NCBI GenBank assembly: GCA_020536535.1
Contig: JAHLWZ010000347.1
Location: forward strand, 20,600-84,599
DNA from: Pelomyxa schiedti
Taxonomy: Eukaryota > Protista > Evosea
Direction of reading: 5' to 3'
DNA length: 64,000 nt
Both the position numbers and the translations under genes were made by a program. The notes beneath the pieces were generated by a model that was not told the origin of the DNA, searched no databases, and worked only from the letters and a program-made list of their open reading frames with translations. Shown in pieces: positions 12,359 to 24,300 of the stretch (positions within the stretch are counted from its first letter, which is position 1; each line of letters opens with the position of its first letter).

Positions 12359-15300
12359 ATGACTTCGATACCACCGCGCCTCATTCGCCCATGTACGTAC
12401 GAAAAATAAATGGGGGTCTTTTGGTGTTGTAAACGGCGTGAACAGACGTGGATTCAATACGGGAGAACGGATGTTTCCGCAGTCGATTGCGCCGTCACAA
12501 AACTGGTGAATCGCTTGCAGTGGTATTCCCAAGAGGTGTTGACCAGAGTTCCATGAAGAAAACGCATGTGGTGCTTTCCATTCAAGAAATGAACAATCTT
12601 TTCAGGTGTGCACTCATTGTATCATTGGTTTTTTTCCTTTAACATTGGGAGTCTTGAGGGAAATTCTTTACAGTTGATGGAGATACTTGGAGTGGCCATG
12701 GTAAGAGTTCACATAAATCTCTTTTAACTTTTAAATGGAAACTGGCAGCAAATACACAGAACACGTCTTGAATTGGAAATCATGGGTCACCCACATTTCC
12801 AAGGAAATGATGATCTTCTCAATAAACCTGGGGAACTGAAACATGTGCATGGATTGGATGATTCACACAATTTGGTGAGTTTTCCTCTCACTTCTTTTCA
12901 ATTCTTTGTGGCCATCCCCAGTCCTGCAGCTGAAATATTTAGTGGAGTTTGTTAACATACAAACACTAGTTGAAGCATCAAAGTGATGAATGGCAGTTGG
13001 CCCTGACTGAGGTGTACAAAAAGCATCCTCGTCTCAATTTCTTGTCACCAATACAACTCACAAGGTTCGGGGCAGTAATGATAACAGAGTCACCTGAAAT
13101 AACTGGTTAACTACAAACAATACGCCTAAAATTCAGTTTCTTGCAGGACCATATTTGTGGGCATGCTTCCCAGAGGTGAATGAAATTCCCCCAGAAGCAG
13201 TACTACAGTGTTTGGACTTAGCACTGAACACTGTAGGGAGAACGCAACCAACATCAGCAGCGGACCCTGCATTTTTGTTCAAGCTTGTTGCCACTTTTGT
13301 AACTCAGGTTGCCAACCTGAAATCAGTCCAAGTGAAAACAGGGTGTGGGGAACAGCATTACCCCTGCATTGTTGACACTTCTCGGCATATCGTTGTTCAA
13401 CTTGCCGAAGGTTTCACTCCCTGCTCTATCATGTATTTGCTTTTTGAAGTGTTTGAATTCCAAAAGCCACACCCATCTAGGGTACTGTTTATAAAGAACA
13501 CAACAAGCAGACAATGCCTAAAACAGTTTCTTCGATGCATCAATAGTTTTCCACACCTCACATTCGCCATTGTGGGTGTGAATGATATGAAAGCGGAACT
13601 CAGGCAGTGTTTGTACAAGTGGTACTCAAAACCGGCAACACAAAACCAAGCACCAGCAAAAACTTTCCTGATTTTCACCTCCCGTGTTGGAATTGGTGCT
13701 TTCTCCAACAGTATCGTCAAGCAGCAGACAGTGGTGTTGGCGGAGGTCAAATCAAGAATCATAACATCACCTCTGAATCCCCAACAGATCATGGAAAGCG
13801 CCAAGGCAACTGTGTCATGTTATACTGGCGGGTCCCGCTCTGGAAAAAGCACTGAGATCAGCGCAAAAATGGAACAGAACAAAAAGAACTTGGAACCACT
13901 GTGCATCAGCATGACTGAGTGCTTCTCTGGGTCTGATGCAATTCCAAAGCTTTCCTCTTTGATGAAAGTGGTAATGAGTTGTGATGAGGCAACGCAGTTT
14001 GTTGCCAACATTCACTTTGACGTGGGTACCTATGCTTACATGGACACAATCTCCACCTTTTTTTACGACATGCTCATGTGGGGTGTTGTGTGTGACAGTG
14101 GGACAGGTGTGATGCTTCCAGTTTCTCGAAGAAATCTCAGGTGGAACTTGTTTGTTGAATTATCACCAGAACCATCCTCTGATGCCTCCAAAGGTTTTGG
14201 CTTTTCAGAGCTCGTTCTTGAGAATCTCCCCATCCTGAACCACCTTGGAGCCATTGTCAAGCAGTGTGAGATCCCATTTGTCGTGGACAGCAGTGCCTTA
14301 CTTGTTGCAAAGTTCTTTCAAGCAAAGGTGAAGAACCTTCTTGACAAACCAGCTGGACTTGTGGCAGAGCTGAACGCAAACCCTCTTTCCTTCAACCCTG
14401 TTCTTGTACTGGAGGATTTCTTTCGTTCTTTCAAACCAGCCACTGTTTCCAGTGTTTCACTCCCTTCAGACAGAATGATGCAGCGCCACTTTGTGTCACT
14501 GTTGGCAGATCGGTGCAAATGGCTTTCAGTTCATGCACGCCAGAGATTGACACTATACAACAATTGTGAGCTGGCCAACAACCTCAGTGGAACAGTGCCC
14601 ATCAGCAAACTCTTCCAGATGTTTGTGGAAGAGAGCCACGTTTTGTGCAACCCCACGTTTGCCTCCGAGAAGCTCATTTACGCTGCTCGTGAAAAACCAC
14701 CTCTTCATAGAAAAGATACTATGGTGGTGATGCAGCTGCCAATTTTCTTTGCTGTCATGGAACATGTTCCCCCACAACTTCCAGTTCCAGAAGAGTTGGT
14801 CTTTACTTTGACCAAGGCCAGGGACTCCAAATTACTTCAACAACAACTGCAACTGGCATTTGGAATGGAGAACATTCAGGAAGTCATTGAGAGGAAAAAG
14901 TACATCCTCACACCAGACTTTGCACTAAAAATACTGGTTGTTTATGATCACATGAATGCAGGACTCAACCTCGTGATTTCTGGGGGAATAGGAACAGGCA
15001 AAACGGAACTTGTTGATGTGTTCGGTGCGCTACTCAACTCCAGAACAAAGTTGACACCCAACTTGCCAATCAAGATGAAGAAGTTTGTGCTCGGAAAGAT
15101 GCTCAGCAGCATACAGGCCATCCCCAGAGCATTGTTGGACCAGTGTCGTGCCATCCTGCAAGGGCAACCACCATCCAAAGTTCCCCAAACACCTTTAAAC
15201 ATTACAGCCCCCAAAAACACTCCCAAGACCTGCTGCCTTGAGTGGTTGGATGACAATGAGTTTTTCCACAAATTTCTCCTTGAAATGCTTGCCACTTACC

Positions 15301-18300
15301 CGCACCTTTTCCCCCAGTTTGCAAGCAGGATTGTTCAATTCTTGAAGAAAAATTTGATGAAACACAGGCACATATCCCTGAATGATACTGGCAACCTGTC
15401 CAGAGTTCTCGATTACACCCTTCTTCAAGTGTGTTGTGTGGAAAATGATATCTTTATTCTCACCAAGACATACAGCCAGAAGAAAACGTTGCAGCAGGGA
15501 GGAAATATGTTGTCAACAACCCAAACGAGCTTGCTGACTTGGTGACGTCGTTCAGAAATGCCAAGTTTGAGAAGGTTTTCCACAAAATTCGCATGCACCA
15601 AGGACTTTGTGCAGATGAATTCAGAGAAAGGATCAACGAGATCAAGGAAACACTCACCAAGTTCCCCAAAGACACAAAGGTTGTTTGCTTCATTGACAAC
15701 TGCACATCAACAATGAACCTGCTTGGAATGGTGAAGGAAGTGATGTGTGACTCAAACCTGGATGGTGAACCACTTCCAAAGAACATCTTCTTCGTGGCTG
15801 CACTCAACAATAACCAGCCCAGTATTCCTCCACTCACAACCAATAATACCAGGTGTCAAGTGGAATTGGCAACTTCATCAGTACAAAATCGGATTGATCT
15901 TGCTGGAACTCCCAGCAAGTTTGGTACCAAGTCCTTTTCAGTGAGACCACCGCCCCTCTCCATGAAGAAGATGACTGTTGACTTTGGCCAACTCACAAAC
16001 CTGCAAGAGAAGACCTTCATTGACGGTTTGATTTCATCTCACATCAAGGATGAGGCAGAAGTAGATGAAACCCACAGGAATCAACTCAAGTCACTTCTGA
16101 TATTTGGGCAGGACTTCAGCAACAATGCCAACATTCACTGGGTCACTGCCGGCATCCGAGACATTGTTCGAGCCATCACTCTTTATATTTATTTTCTCCA
16201 CCACCCACAGTTCATGTTCAACTTGCCGCAAATATTGGCACCAAGTTACAACACCCATGTTCATTGGCAAGCAATGGTTGTATTTTATTTTTTCTCTCTC
16301 CTTCATCATTTTCTATTATTTTGGTTACACAAACAAGGTTATATCAATTGCAATGACATATTACTTCCGACTTCCATCACGAGACTTCTTTGAACAACAG
16401 AGCCCACTCCAAGCACCACAAACCAGAACACCGTGTACAAGGGACCAATTCCAGGATGCCCTTCTGAAATTCCTTAACAACTTCAAAGATGCACCAGAAT
16501 ACTTCAATGTGTGGGATTATTACCTCAATAACGGTGTACTCAACTCCTTGTGTAGCAATACCCACCTTCCACCTGGAATTGCCAAGACCAAGGCACTCAA
16601 GGAAAACCTGTTTTGCACTGTTGTGTGCCTTGACGCAAAGATTCCCCTGGTAATTGTTGGTCCTACGTACGTTTTTTCCTTCTCCCCTTACTCAACGACT
16701 CACTTCATCCAGTGGTTGCTCCAAGACACTGAGTTTCAAGGTTGCCATTGAAAACATGAAGGGGCAGATATCCCCAGAAAAATTCTATCGCACGTTGCAC
16801 CATGTGCATGCATTCCGATACCAATTCAGTGAGCAGTCAACCCTCACAGAAATCATGTATGTTTTCAAATCTGCAATTCTGAGGCAAAAGACTTTCCCCG
16901 GCAATTCCCAAGAGTGTTGTGCTGTTCTTTTTGATGAAGTTGAAGAGAAAACACCTCTGGAGGTGTGAAGAACTTATGAATGCTTTTGGAAATTTACAAT
17001 GACAGATTTTGAATCTCAGCCTTGACCACAGCCCAGTTTCCTGTGTCTTGTTGTCCAGAAAGATTCTTGATGAGGTAACAACCAACCAAGGTTTGATGCT
17101 GTGGCAAGGAGAACCACAACTCGCCGATTTGCAGACTTTGGCTGAAGGTTTGGTGGAGCCTCCTTGCCATAGTAGTTAACATAACAGTACAAACTAACAG
17201 AGTGCATTTTTGGGAATAAGACAAGCAGTATTGCCCCATCGATAAGAGAAATCCTTGGGACACTTTGCAGATCCTACCAGACAGAAGTGACCAAGGCCTA
17301 TGGGCTGCCTTATCCAGAAAGGTTCTTTCACCTCAGAGACTTTGTCTATTTTCTTCGCTATCTTAGGAAGCAACACTCAGTACATGGCCTTCACATTTCC
17401 CCAGACGTGGTTCTTTCTGGTTTACGACGAAACTTTGGGGGACTTATTCAGAGTCACTTTGACAATCTCGTTATGAACTTCTTTGGCAATGCAAATGGAG
17501 CACTGACGAAATATGGCCTGCCACTGTGGGTGTCACCTGCAACTGACCAACATAGAACAGAGATTACCACCATCAGGGAGAACCTTGCAGAGAGGCTCAC
17601 TGATGCTGCTGACCCAAACTCTTCTCCATTCAGATATCTCATGCTGGTGTGCTGTATTTGGAAAAACAACAACCAATAAATCTCACCTAATACTCCACAG
17701 CTGGATCCATCCGAAAATGCAGTTGCCGTGTCTTTACTTTTTGACTTAGGATTGTGTGATCACAGCCAAACGAGTGTGTGCTCTCTTGGTGGATTCAGTG
17801 AGGATGGTGACCAGAAATTGAAAGCGGCAGTGGTGGAAAAATTCAAGGCGGCAATGGAAAAAGGAGATACGATTGTGCTGGTGAACTCCACCAGTGTTCA
17901 CTGTTCGTTGTACGATGTTTTCAACCGCTATTATACAATCATTCCAACTAGCACCAGCACGAGGCTTTGTTTCACCAATCTTGCTGCTGGGTCATTCCCA
18001 CAGGCATGCTTTGTCCATGACAACTTCCGTGTCATCCTTCATGTGCCCAAGTCCTCCCTCCAAACAATTCCTACCGCCCTGCTCAGTAGATTTGAGAAAT
18101 ACTGCCTTGGAATTGATGATGCACTCTTTGAGCGACTTCAGACCATCTCACTTCCCAAACTCATCACCCCCATGAGTGCCCTTCCTTTGCATCCATACGA
18201 AGTCTTGCGTGATGGGGCACTGCACATGATCAATGAACTGCACACCACTCAGTCCAACAATCGACTGTTTTATGGTGTGACTCCAAAAGAAACGGCGAGT

Positions 18301-21300
18301 TCCCTTGTTCTCACTGTGTTGGACCAAACACTTGAAATGAGCAAACTGAGGGCTCCAAAGGAAGACCCCAATTCCCTTGTGCCTCTTTTCCCACCCCTGC
18401 TTGGCACCCAACCCGAAACACTTCCGCTTTTTAGTGCACGAGATCATTGGGAGCAGAACATGCGGGAATTCATTATCCAAGGCAACCTTCACCTTCTTCA
18501 GCTTGCCAAACCAGAGTCAATTTACTTTTGCAAGCATCTCCCAGAGAGGTACAAACACAGTTACCTTTTGGAGCAGGAACACTTCTCGTTTTACCGCTTC
18601 CTTGGCCTCCTGTGTAAAGCACATTTTTCCTTTGTATCTCGTACCTTGGGTGACACTGAAAATCAAAGAGGAGGCGAGAAGGAACAAAGAGCAACAACAG
18701 TGGTTGTTCCTCAGAGAGGGGAGTATTCATCCAAGTGGTGTGTGTTCACACGAACCAGTGCTGAAATCATCACTCTTCCAACAGACAAAAAACTCCAAAG
18801 GAAGATGTTTGATGTGCTTGTTCAAACTGGTTCAGTTCCGAAAGGGTCAGAAGAGAGCCCTGAGGATTGGATGGAAGTGTTGAGCCTTGGTGAGATGTCA
18901 TCAAGTCAACAATGTTCCTCCCGTGTCCATGATTTTTGTTGTTCTCCAAAGAAAATTCTCTTGTTGTGTGTTGCTGATCTATCAGTTGCAACCACAAGTC
19001 AAATCAACTTCCTGAGGAATGAGATCAATGAGAGGTGGAAAGTAATGGAAGAACAACAATGTGAGCATCATGAAGCACGAAATGAGGGGCAACATCTCCA
19101 CCGTGTTGCTGTTCTCCTGCTGCACTTCTCAGCAGAGATTGGAATGAGAGCTGAGAGTTCTTACCATGCAATCTTCCTCAACGGTTGGGACTTCCTTTTT
19201 GTGGATGCTTTGGGTGTTGTGGCTGGTTCGTCTGGAGCAAATCCTCGCACGGAAGTAAACCCACGCCCGTGGCTTGCGAGAGCGTTTGGGTTGAATCTGA
19301 GGGACAGTGAGTCTGACAGCATGAAGCGGGACTTGTCAACCCAAGAAATGGACACATTCAGAGGTTTATTCTTCGAACTCCTTCGGCAGTTTTGCAAATT
19401 CATGACTGGAAGTGGGATCAACACAACGACCTCAACACTTGACCATTACCAAGCAAAGGTCTTTTATGGGAAACCGGGCAATGTGGATGCAATTGGTTCC
19501 CCACAAAACCTCAACATCTGCATTGCAGACAAAAGTGAGGAAAGGTTCCAGATCCTGAAACAGCTTTTTGAAGAGAACCCAGTTCTTTACGAGGGGATTC
19601 TCGAACAGTTCAGCCGTTCCTGGAATTCCAGATTCCTCAATGAACTCGTGTGTGAAGCAAGCACGGAGTTGTTTCGTGGGTCTTGTGTGGTGAGCTTTGT
19701 GACCGCAATTTCTTCTTCTCTTCAGAATTTCATGGCTCCATTGGTGAGCACGATGCTCCAGATGATGCTTTCCTCATTCGGACTCGATTCTGTGTTGAAC
19801 ATGTTTGAAAATCGCCATAAAGGGAAATTGTTCACGTTGATACACAGTGTTTGCTACACCATTCCAATCCCTCCACTTGGCAAACCAGTGCTCACCAATT
19901 CCAAGCAGCTGATGAGTTGCACACCCACTGTCACTGTCTTGAGGACACATCCATTTCCACCTGAACTCCCTTTTTATGATTCAATTGCACACCTTGTCAA
20001 CACCCAGGTCATTCGTGCAGCCAGAGAGATGTGCCACGAAAAGCCCTCCCCCCAAACTTTGCATGGGAAAGTGCTCGAGTCAATCAAGTCAAATAAGCTC
20101 CTTGACGAGCTACTCGAGAGCATCTGGTTGAACCCACCTTTGTTCACCATGTTCAAACGGGACTTTGTGACCAGGTCACTGAAGCTCTCCACCCTCCATA
20201 TCTCAGAGTTCAAGAACCTTTTGGGTTCCAATGCCCAGGCTGTTGATTTAGAGGGCAGGCTGGGCCGGTTCAGGGAAATGATTCTCAGTTGTATCCGGGC
20301 ATTCGAGATTTCCCTTTTGGAAGACATCCCTGAACTGTTTGTGATCAAGAGGTTCTATGAACCAGAAATCAATTATTTCATGGCACTTGTCACTCCTTTG
20401 CAGCTTCTTGATCCCGCCCTCACACCAGAGCAGTTTGACAGGTGCAGAAGGCCTCCAAGATTTGGGAAAAACCAACTTCAGGAGATGGTGAAGTGGGTTA
20501 CAACGCTCACAGCAGACCTGCTGTGGGAGAGGTTGACACAGGAAATCCTCACAGGAGGGCCAAAGCTTGATTCCCATGCCACTGTGAATTGGGGCCAAGT
20601 TTACCGCCACTTCTTCAGCACTTTGAAGTCGAGGTCCGAATTGGCCACCCTTCTCTCGAACTGTCCCGAAACAATTCAGAAGCTTGATGCGATGCACGTT
20701 GTGTTTGTGTTCCTCTCCAATTGCCGGGCACAGAGTTTACAGCCCACTTTCCCTTTCCTCACTCCGAATCCTGCCTTGTCTCGAATATTGGAGCAGTTTG
20801 TGTCAACTTCATACACCCCAAGCACGCGGTTGAAATCTGGACTGCTCCTTGCTCTCAACCTTCTTCCTCCTGATCCCTCCAAGTCCTCTGACGAAGACAT
20901 CCAATCAATTTGCAGCATTGTTGAATACATGCTTCAGGAATCAGACAAGTCAATGCTTTTTGATGACTCCAAGTCAAATTTCTTTTTTTTCCTCCAAGTT
21001 CGTTTCCACCTGCATTTCGATATTATTTTGTTTTCGTTTGACTGAGTGTCTTCTGATGTGATTCTCAGATTTGCAACGACTCACTTGATGACTTTGTCAA
21101 CAATCCTGTTTTGAGGGGCTATTGCAAAAAACTCATTGGGAACATTGGCTGGGTTGCCAACTTTATTTTTTCATGGCTTGAACCAAAACCGAATTCTTGT
21201 ATTTCTGAAATACTTCAGCTCACATCTGATGTATGGACTGCTTTAAATGTCAAATTGGCTAACCTCTTCCCTCTTTTTTTATGTGCACCACTTGTCCGTT

Positions 21301-24300
21301 GCTTTCACCAACATTCTGAACAGTTAATAACCGAAACAAAACCTTCCTTTTCTGCAGAAACTTACCACTACTCACCGGATCTTCTCTCCCCCACCCAAAT
21401 TCCAACAGCACATTTGCCTCTTGAGTTTCTCTTATATCACATTCTGTTGAAATTCATGCAACCATCAAAGGAGGATAAATTCCCTCAAGTATTGGCAATC
21501 AACACCCTGGAGGATGCTTGGAACATACTTATAACAGTTCCAAGAGGTCCAAGAGGTACCCACAAATCACAGAACCCCTGTTTCACTCACTCTCATTTAT
21601 CAGAAGGAGAACATGTTTTAAATCAAGTGAAGAAAGCTGCCAGCAGGACCATTCTTCTTGCACTCCTTGCTTCCACTCTGAGTGGGCAGACTGGGCTTTC
21701 TGCACGACTACACAAAATTAAGCCAGAGATTGTGCAAGTTGTTTCACAGGTATTTTTTGTTTTGTTTTGCTTTGTTTTAAGTTTCTTCCATATTCAGCTT
21801 CTCTCACGTGGCTCGAAAATTGTTGTAAATGCCAGAGGATTCTTCCTTGGTCAGATCTCAGAAGAAACTTTCACATCACTTCTCCAAGACCATGACGCTT
21901 TGGGCCTTTTAGGTCTTGAAGACATGTAATCTTCTTCTAGTTCCTTCGTTCCCTCTATGTTTAATGTAATCCTGTTCAGGAACAGTAAACCTGGAGCTCA
22001 AAACGCCACAGCAAGGCGGACTGAAGCTATGACAGTTCTTCCTTCGTGCATTCTAGGTGGTGGTGAATTCTATGACCTCATCCAGACCCAGAGCAAAAAA
22101 CTTTCATCCACAGGACTTCTTGCCACGTTCTTGCAACAGGCCCCTGTGTTGAGAGTCTTCTCACACCTGCCCACTTTGGTTCATTTTTACCATATGTTGA
22201 ATTTTGTGTTTGCACCACTGATGAAAGGTTTTTTCCTCTAATTCCTTCTTCTTGATATCATGATCCCACTCAGTTTGTTTACAGAAAATAGAATTGTTGG
22301 CTCTTTTTCTGAGTGCGTTGAATGGGTTGGTTTCAACTCCCCAGCAAACAAGGCGTCCATTTGTTCAGCTTACCTGAAATTTCTGGATGCTTGGAAGGCC
22401 ATTCTGACGGGATTCAATGATGTAAAACTCAAGTATAACTCGGTGCTTATTCTTCCTCCACTCAGTGCACCTCCCCTTTTTCCAGCATAAAAATAACGGA
22501 GATTGGACCCAACACCCCATTTTTTGAGTTGGTGAGTTGGAAAGATGAGAGACAAGGGGACCTTCTTTTCACTGTCATCAGAACAATGACTGAAATTCAG
22601 AATTCACTGATTCGACTCAGGAATGAGTGTGACACAGGTGAGGAATGTCTCGTTCTTCGTTATCGTCTAAGAATGCCCTCAGACGAAATCAACCCTTTTG
22701 GATTCATTTTTGAACAATCATCTCACTCAAGCTCTTATAATGTTGATGCCATTCCGAACTCAACTTCTCTTCGTTCGTTTTCTTTTTCCCTTTTCAATTA
22801 AGAATTCCCAACATTTGGCTATGAGGCTAACACTTGACACCACAGAAATTTTAGTCACTGGAGGTCCTGTGGAGGATATTGAAAGAAGTCTTGTGACCCA
22901 TTGCCAGATCCCAGCCAATGGGAAAAGATGTGACTTGCATTTTGATGCCAACAGACTTCAGAGACATGTAAGCAAGTTTCCTTCTTCAGTGTCTGATTGA
23001 CGAAACGCCACAAACAGGTGATTGAGCGCTATTTGGCAGGGAAAGCCATGTTGACTGATGTGGAGAGCATGAGAACAGTGTTTCCTCTTGACATCCTTGA
23101 CATCACAGCTGACCAAGTTTCCACTCACCCCAACAAAACTTGTTGTGATCACTTTGCTTTTTTTAGCAGCCCGAACCCGAGCGGAGTGAAGGCCAGGATC
23201 AACTCGATTTTTCTCTTCAACAGCAGTTAAATAGGTTGCCAACCGTGTCCTCTCAACCCAGTGGCTGTCTTTCTCCTTTGCATTTTTGGCCTTGATTTTT
23301 TTTTTGTTATTGTGGTGGTGCATTTTGTGTTTATTAACGTTATACTAGATTGCACCCAGACTACCAGCAACCGAATCACAGTAATTACTATGCTCAGTTT
23401 GAAAGAGCTCTCAAAGGTTGTTTTCACATGACACTTTCCTTTGTCAAATTAATTTTAATCCAGGAGAGACTGAGGAGCACATCAGAGAATTGATGCAGCT
23501 CCTGACACAGCTTCTTGAAAATCTGCAGCGTGCTTTACGTCAACAACCCTCTGAAAATCAGCCGGACTCCTATCTTGGATCAGTGTGGATGCACCTGTTA
23601 CCTTCCAAGGTGATGCCAAATGCCCTTACACCCCTGAGGAACCAGCGTTTTTGGTGCATTGGTGTTGTTGTAATCAACGTTTTGACCAAATACCGAGCAA
23701 AGCAGTGGTTGTTTGCTGGAATGCCAGACAAGTATGACATGGCTCCCCCTGAATCTGTTCAGACCAATTTCTCAAGGAAAGTGGAAGAGGTATGGGTGCA
23801 CCCTGAAAAAAACTCACTGTCGGATTCTCCTCACAACTTCTCCCTCAAAAAAAAGATACTGAAAGGAACAATTGAGGTAAAACAGCGCATGCGTGCAGTG
23901 GCAAATGCCATTGTTGGATTTTTGAAGCTTGAGAAACTGGGTTCAAACCAGGAATGTGCACTAAAAACTCTTTTTGGTGATTACTCGGCAGTTGTATGGC
24001 TCCTCGTTTTATTTTCCTGCCCAGATTTTGTTGGGCTCAAGCATGCAACAACATCCCACAGGTGACAGAAACTGTTTTGCGAGAGGACATAGAATCCTTG
24101 ATTGGAAACTTGAGAGTCGGAAATTATTGTTATTTAATGCGGCAACTTCATACTCTATCCAGTGCTCTGCTTGTTGCCATTGCCAATGTCAGTTGTTCAT
24201 TATCTCTTTTTTTTTACGATTTATTTGCTTAAAATGTCTCCAACAGCACGCTTCAACAGTCCCAGCCAATGAAGTATCATTCAACATCCGTTTCTGTTCA

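Noticed and set aside
22770-22850. Apparent frameshift between copies A and B (also ~38245-38320)
   Set aside because: The indels fall inside an intron (GTTCGT...CTRAC...CACAG). The spliced frames agree.
23990-24062. Apparent 7-nt frameshift in copy A relative to B (~39445-39500)
   Set aside because: Both copies splice GTATG...CACAG|GTGACAGAA in phase 0, so the difference is intronic.
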